NCBI GenBank assembly: GCA_963806265.1
Contig: CAWDXT010000006.1
Span: forward strand, 64,385-128,384
DNA length: 64,000 bases
From: an uncultured Chloroflexia bacterium
GTDB lineage: Bacteria; Chloroflexota; Limnocylindria; Limnocylindrales; CSP1-4
Direction of reading: 5' to 3'
A model generated the notes under the pieces. It was not told the origin of the DNA. It worked only from the letters and a program-made list of their open reading frames with translations, and searched no databases. A program made the translations under genes and the position numbers. Below are positions 59,799 to 64,000 of this stretch, piece by piece. The number at the start of each line of letters is the position of its first letter. Positions within the stretch are counted from its first letter, which is position 1.

Positions 59799-62769
59799 CG
59801 CGCCCGCTCACAGGCCGCATGGGACCACTCCTCAGCCCCCTGCTGGTCGGTCGCGACGAGCAGCTTGCGCTAGCGGACCGTCGGATCGAGGACGTCGCCG
59901 CGGGGCATGGGCGGCTGCTGATGCTGGCGGGTGAGGCAGGTGTAGGAAAGACCCGGTTCCTCACCTCCGTCACCAGGAAGGCGCGGCGGGCCGGCTTTCG
60001 GATCTCGCACGGCGATCTGGCACCGCAGGATCGCGAGGTTCCGCTGGCGTCGATCCTCGATCTCGCCCGGACGTTGCGCGGCGACCCCGCCTTCGGGTCG
60101 CTGGGCGACGACCTGCTCGCGACCCAACCGCCGTCGACCGGGGACAGTCTCGGCCGCCGACGAGGGCTCGTGGTCGGCATCGCAGAGCGCATCGTCGCCG
60201 TGGCGGACCGGCCCACGCTGCTCGCGTTCGATGATCTCCAGTGGGCGGACGAGCTGTCGCTCGAGGTGATCGCCGAGCTGGCTCGGATCATCCATGACCG
60301 GCCGCTGCTGCTCGTCGCCGCCTACCGGCTCGACGAGCTGCCGCCCGCTTCGGGCGCCCGCGAGTGGCGCGCCCGGCTGCTCAGCCAGCGGCTGGCGGAC
60401 GAGGCCGCGCTCGAGCCGCTCACCCACGAGCAGACCGCGCTCGTCACCACGCTCATCCTTGACACCGGGCTGCCGGCGCCACGAGACGTCGTCAACGCGG
60501 TGTACGAACGGACGGACGGCATCCCGCTCCACATCGAGGAGCTGCTGGGAATGCTCGGCGACGACGCGCGAAGCGACGGGGTCGTGATCCGCAGCGCTGC
60601 CGTGCCCAGCACGATCGAGGACACGGTGCTGGCCCGGATGGCGCGGCTGTCGGACGAGGCGCGCGCGGTGGCGCGCGCCGGGGCCGTCATCGGGCGCTGC
60701 TTCGTGCCCGACGTCCTTGCGGGCGTCATGGATCGTTCGGCGGACGAGCTCGACGCGCCTCTCGAGGAGCTGGTCTCGAGCGGCGTGCTGTACCCGTTCC
60801 AGTACCTGGATCACGGCTACTACGACTTCCGCCACCAGCTGCTGCGCGACGCCGTGTACGGGAGCATCAGCCAGGCCGATCTTCGCCGGCTCCACGCCCG
60901 GGCCGGCGAGTTCGGCGCGGAGCTGGTCGGCTCGAACGAGATCCACGCATCGGCCCACTTCGAGCGGGCCGGGCTGCGGACGCAGGCATACCGCGCGGCC
61001 CTCGCCGGGGCCGGTCGGCCGAGGCACTGTCCAGCCGCCGTGAGGCCTTTGACCTGTACACGCGCGCCATGGCCAACCTGCCCGGAGATCTGTCCGAGGC
61101 CGACCTGGCGGAGGTGTGGACCGCGTACAGCTACGCCGCAGCCTCGGTCGACCTGAGCGAGGCCGCGGGCGAGGCAGCCGCGGCCGCGCGCGAGCATCAC
61201 CTCGCGGCGGGCAACGGGATCAAGGCGGCCAGGATGCTGATCGAGATGTCCGGCTACGAGCGCCGGGCCCGGCGACCCGTGGCCGGAGCGGAGGCCATGC
61301 TCCAGCTGGCGCTAGAGGAGCTCGATGCCCAACCGACATCCTCCGAGCTCGACGCGGCTCGCTACGAAGCCATGATGTACCTGGCGGTCCTGTGCCTCAG
61401 CACCGGCCGGCGCGACGAGTGCAGGAGGCTGTTCGACGAGTCCGAGGCAGTCGCGCTCAGGATCGGGAGCCGGCCGATCATGCTGGAGATCGCCTCCTGG
61501 AAGCACTTCCTCGATGCCACGACATCGGCCGATTCCAGGCACCTGCGGGCGATCCTGGACATCGCCCGCGAGGCTCGCGAGGGCGGCTACGAGGAGGCCG
61601 GCGTCGGATCCTACCGCGATGCCGCGATCCTGGGGGTCAGGCTGATGGACCTCGATGGCGCGCGCGAGGGGCTGCGCGAGGGAATGCGCTACGCGGAGGA
61701 GATCGAGCAGTCGTTCTGTCGCCGCACGATGGCCACAACCGCTGCCCAGATCGCATGGACGACCGGCAGCTGGGATGACGCGGTCCGCCTGGCCGAGATC
61801 GAGCTCGTGGAGCCGGGCAGCCCGAGCAGCGGATCGGTGGCTCGGGATGTGCTCGGCTACGTCGCCGCCGGGCGAGGCGACGTGGAAGGCGCTCGCGGCC
61901 ACCTCGAGGTCTCGCTCGCCGAGGGCCGCCGGAGCGGCGAGTACGGTCCAGTGCTGCGTCCGCTGTGGGGTCTCGCGGAAGCCGACCTGGTCGACCGGAA
62001 GGCAGCGGCGGCGTTCAGCGCCTGTCGGGAGGCGCTGGGCATCGCCGTCGCGGCCGACGAGCGCGCGCTCCTCATCCCGTTCGTCGTCACCGGCACGCGA
62101 GCGGCGCTTGCGGCGCGGCGTCCGCGCGAGGCACAGGCGTGGGTCGAGGCGGTGACGGCACACCTGGCCGAGTGGGACACGCCGGCGCGCCCGGCGCTCG
62201 ACCATGCGGACGGCCTGCTGCGCATGGCCAGCGGGTCACTGGTGGCAGCGCGCGGGCTGCTCGAGGCGGCGGTGTCGGGCTGGGACGCACGAGAACACAT
62301 CTGGGAGGCCAGCTGGGCTCGGCTCGATCTGGCGCAATGCCTCGCGCGCAGCCACCGCCACGCCGACACCGTCCCGCTCGCCACGCACGTGGCGGAGGTC
62401 GCGGAAGCGCTGGGCAGCGAGCCGTTGCGAGCCGCGGCCGCCGAGATCGCGAGCATCGCGCGCCGTCGCGGGATCGCCGAGGAGCCGTGGCGCCCGCTGA
62501 CCGCGCGCGAGTTCGAGGTGGCCCGGCTGATCGCCGAGGGCATGACCAACGCCGCGATCGCCGAGGAGCTGTCGCTGTCGCCCAAGACCGTGAGCGCCCA
62601 CGTCGAGCACATCCTGGCCAAGCTCGGGGCCATGCGGCGGGCGGAGATCGCCGCCTGGGTCACCACCGTTGTGGCGACGGCGCCCACGGACCCTGCGCCG
62701 TCGGCTCGAGCTGCCGCCGTGCCGGCGCGCCTCACCACCTCTGACGGCCACCTTCACGCTCGGACATGA
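59795..62769 (+). CDS. large ATP-binding LuxR-family regulator (LAL), paralogue 2; one frame switch
   Basis: LAGEAGVGKTRF, LLAFDDLQWADELS, and the same HTH as paralogue 1. ORFs 59795..61156 and 61069..62769 join near 61010-61025. ATG 59795 overlaps the paralogue 1 stop (ATGA). An alternative ATG at 59819 aligns with the paralogue 1 N-terminus. Confidence 0.88.
62479..62685 (+). repeat. second copy of the 207-bp near-identical segment
   Basis: See 59505-59711. Confidence 0.9.
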
Positions 62770-62772
62770 GAA

Positions 62773-62806
62773 GGCCCCGACCCCCTGGTGGCAGGGTGTC
62801 GGGGCC
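62773..62806. terminator. terminator-like stem-loop after LAL paralogue 2
   Basis: GGCCCCGAC / GTCGGGGCC form a 9-bp stem, extended by CCCT / AGGG, with a 6-nt loop. It starts 4 nt after TGA 62767-62769. No U-tract. Confidence 0.5.
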
Positions 62807-62966
62807 GGAGATGGAGAAGCGGTTCAGTCGCCGGGCGAAGCGCACCGGCCTGCGGCACGGAGCTACGTCGATCAGCCCGCAGGCGACGCCGCGTCGTCTC
62901 GAGGCCACCATGGTTCGGGCCGCCTCCCTGCACCCCCGGCTGATCACACTCCTCACGCGCGCGGCG

Positions 62967-63216
62967 CTAGACCTCGACCGTGAGCGCGTACACCTCGGGG
63001 GTCGGATGGCCGGCCCGCTCGTGGACCCGCATCACGGCCTCCTTCGACGGGCCCGGTGGCGAGGCAGAACACCTTGCCCAGCTCCGGATCCATCCAGGCA
63101 TGCAGGAAATGCACGTCCTCGCCGTCCTCGATCGCCAGGTCGCGCTCGTGCGCTTCCTTGAGCTGCTCGGCGGTCACGCCGACGAATCCACTGTGGACAT
63201 CCATGAACTGCGCCAT
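62967..63216 (-). CDS. DUF4242 domain-containing protein; one frame switch
   Basis: MAQFMDVHSGFVGVTAEQLKEAHERDLAIEDGEDVHFLHAWMDPELGKVFCLATGP, then (after a shift near 63050) KEAVMRVHERAGHPTPEVYALTVEV and TAG 62967-62969. AGGAGG lies upstream of ATG 63216. Confidence 0.75.
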
Positions 63217-63381
63217 TCGAGGCCTCCTGTGTCTGGTGCCGACCGGCTCCCTGGCCAACAACGTGGCTGACGCCCGGGTCAGCGTCATCGGTCGAACGAC
63301 CGATGGAGCCCCCCATCCGGGCACCGGCGACCTGGCTGGCGCCGATGCCCGGGTGACCGGGGTCGCCCCGGGGTCTGGTCT

Positions 63382-63937
63382 TCAGCGGACGGGCAACCGA
63401 TGGTCGAAGCCGCTGGGACTGGTGATCACGATCGTTGGTGCCGCAATCTCGACACCTGCCTGGGACGCGATCGCCTGCTCCATGGGTGAGCTGGCGGACG
63501 GAACCCGGGCGTTGCGACCGTCGCCCGCAGCAACCACGAGCGTCGGCGGCGCGAGCGCGGCACGTGCCTGGGACGCGATCGCCTGCTCCATCGCCGAGCT
63601 CGCGGCCGGGACGCGCGCGGCGAGACCGGTGGCGGCGGACTCGACCGTGACGGTCAGCGGCTGGATGGCGGCTGCCGACGTTCCGGCAACCACGACCGCC
63701 GTCGACGACCCTGACTCGAGCGATCGCTCGATGGCCGAGGTGACCGGCGCGGGATGCCCGGTGCCACCGCTCGCGGTCAGCGGTGCCGTCGACCCCTGAG
63801 TGAGCGCCACCGCAGCCGTCGCCAGCACGACGGTGCCGCGAGACGATCGACACGATCGCGAGCGTTCTCGGGCCTCTGGCCTGACGCCCGAACGTCGTGT
63901 TGCGGGCCGGAGTGAGTGCGCTGCTCTGTGCGGACAT
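63382..63937 (-). CDS. hypothetical secreted protein with an internal 36-aa duplication; one frame switch
   Basis: ATG 63937 has GAAGGAGGG 5 nt upstream. Hydrophobic VVLATAAVALT. 108-bp internal repeat (GCCTGGGACGCGATCGCCTGCTCCAT at 63458 and 63566 on the + strand) encoding ARVP(A/S)ASS(A/P)MEQAIASQA. High third-position GC. Confidence 0.55.
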
Positions 63938-64000
63938 TGATGCCCTCCTTCACGAGTCGGCGGGCTGGTCCCTGCCATCCCGTTGTCCGACATCTGGCTC

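Noticed and set aside
1-64000. Mobile element, prophage or genomic island
   Set aside because: I recognised no integrase, transposase, recombinase, phage structural gene, tRNA attachment site or long terminal inverted/direct repeat pair. The gene content is mainly housekeeping.

Overview
Very GC-rich (about 70% by eye, not computed) chromosomal segment with Actinomycetota/Chloroflexota-like gene content. I can support about 50 protein-coding genes. I recognise no rRNA, tRNA, CRISPR array, transposase or integrase.

Recognisable blocks, in order:
- PBP, NEW3-domain protein, ABC-2 transporter and a membrane sulfite-oxidase-family enzyme (1-6.5 kb)
- a DUF3090/SCO1664 pair
- an approximately 1160-aa Cas4-like nuclease / RNase-H-like / SF1-helicase fusion with an unknown co-directional upstream gene (12.5-17.4 kb)
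- M20 peptidase plus amidinotransferase
- two PQQ-type sugar dehydrogenase paralogues, GH15, a cysteine-desulfurase-like enzyme, MarR, DUF72
- aceE
- XRE regulator, pncA, SRPBCC, 5'-3' exonuclease
- IMPase, MTAP
- an F420 island (DUF1684, PPOX, cofD-cofC-cofE, CPBP, LLM oxidoreductase)
- MFS, trxB, ABC exporter
- a TPR-adenylate cyclase
- argC-J-B-R-G
- a GAF histidine kinase
- a GyrI-like protein and two tandem LAL/LuxR STAND-type regulators

Two signals are not explained by genes. First, many short tandem duplications sit exactly on gene boundaries, culminating in a 455-bp double array of ~50-bp hairpin repeats at 31.1-31.6 kb. Second, reading-frame breaks are strongly clustered in patches that include aceE, trxB, argC and cofD. 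I interpret these mainly as consensus indel error, so coordinates of broken genes are approximate.

The ORF track uses ATG, GTG and TTG starts. I re-chose several starts from RBS position or family logic. No single obviously novel system stands out. The best candidates are the hairpin-repeat arrays, the nuclease-helicase locus and the tandem LAL pair.
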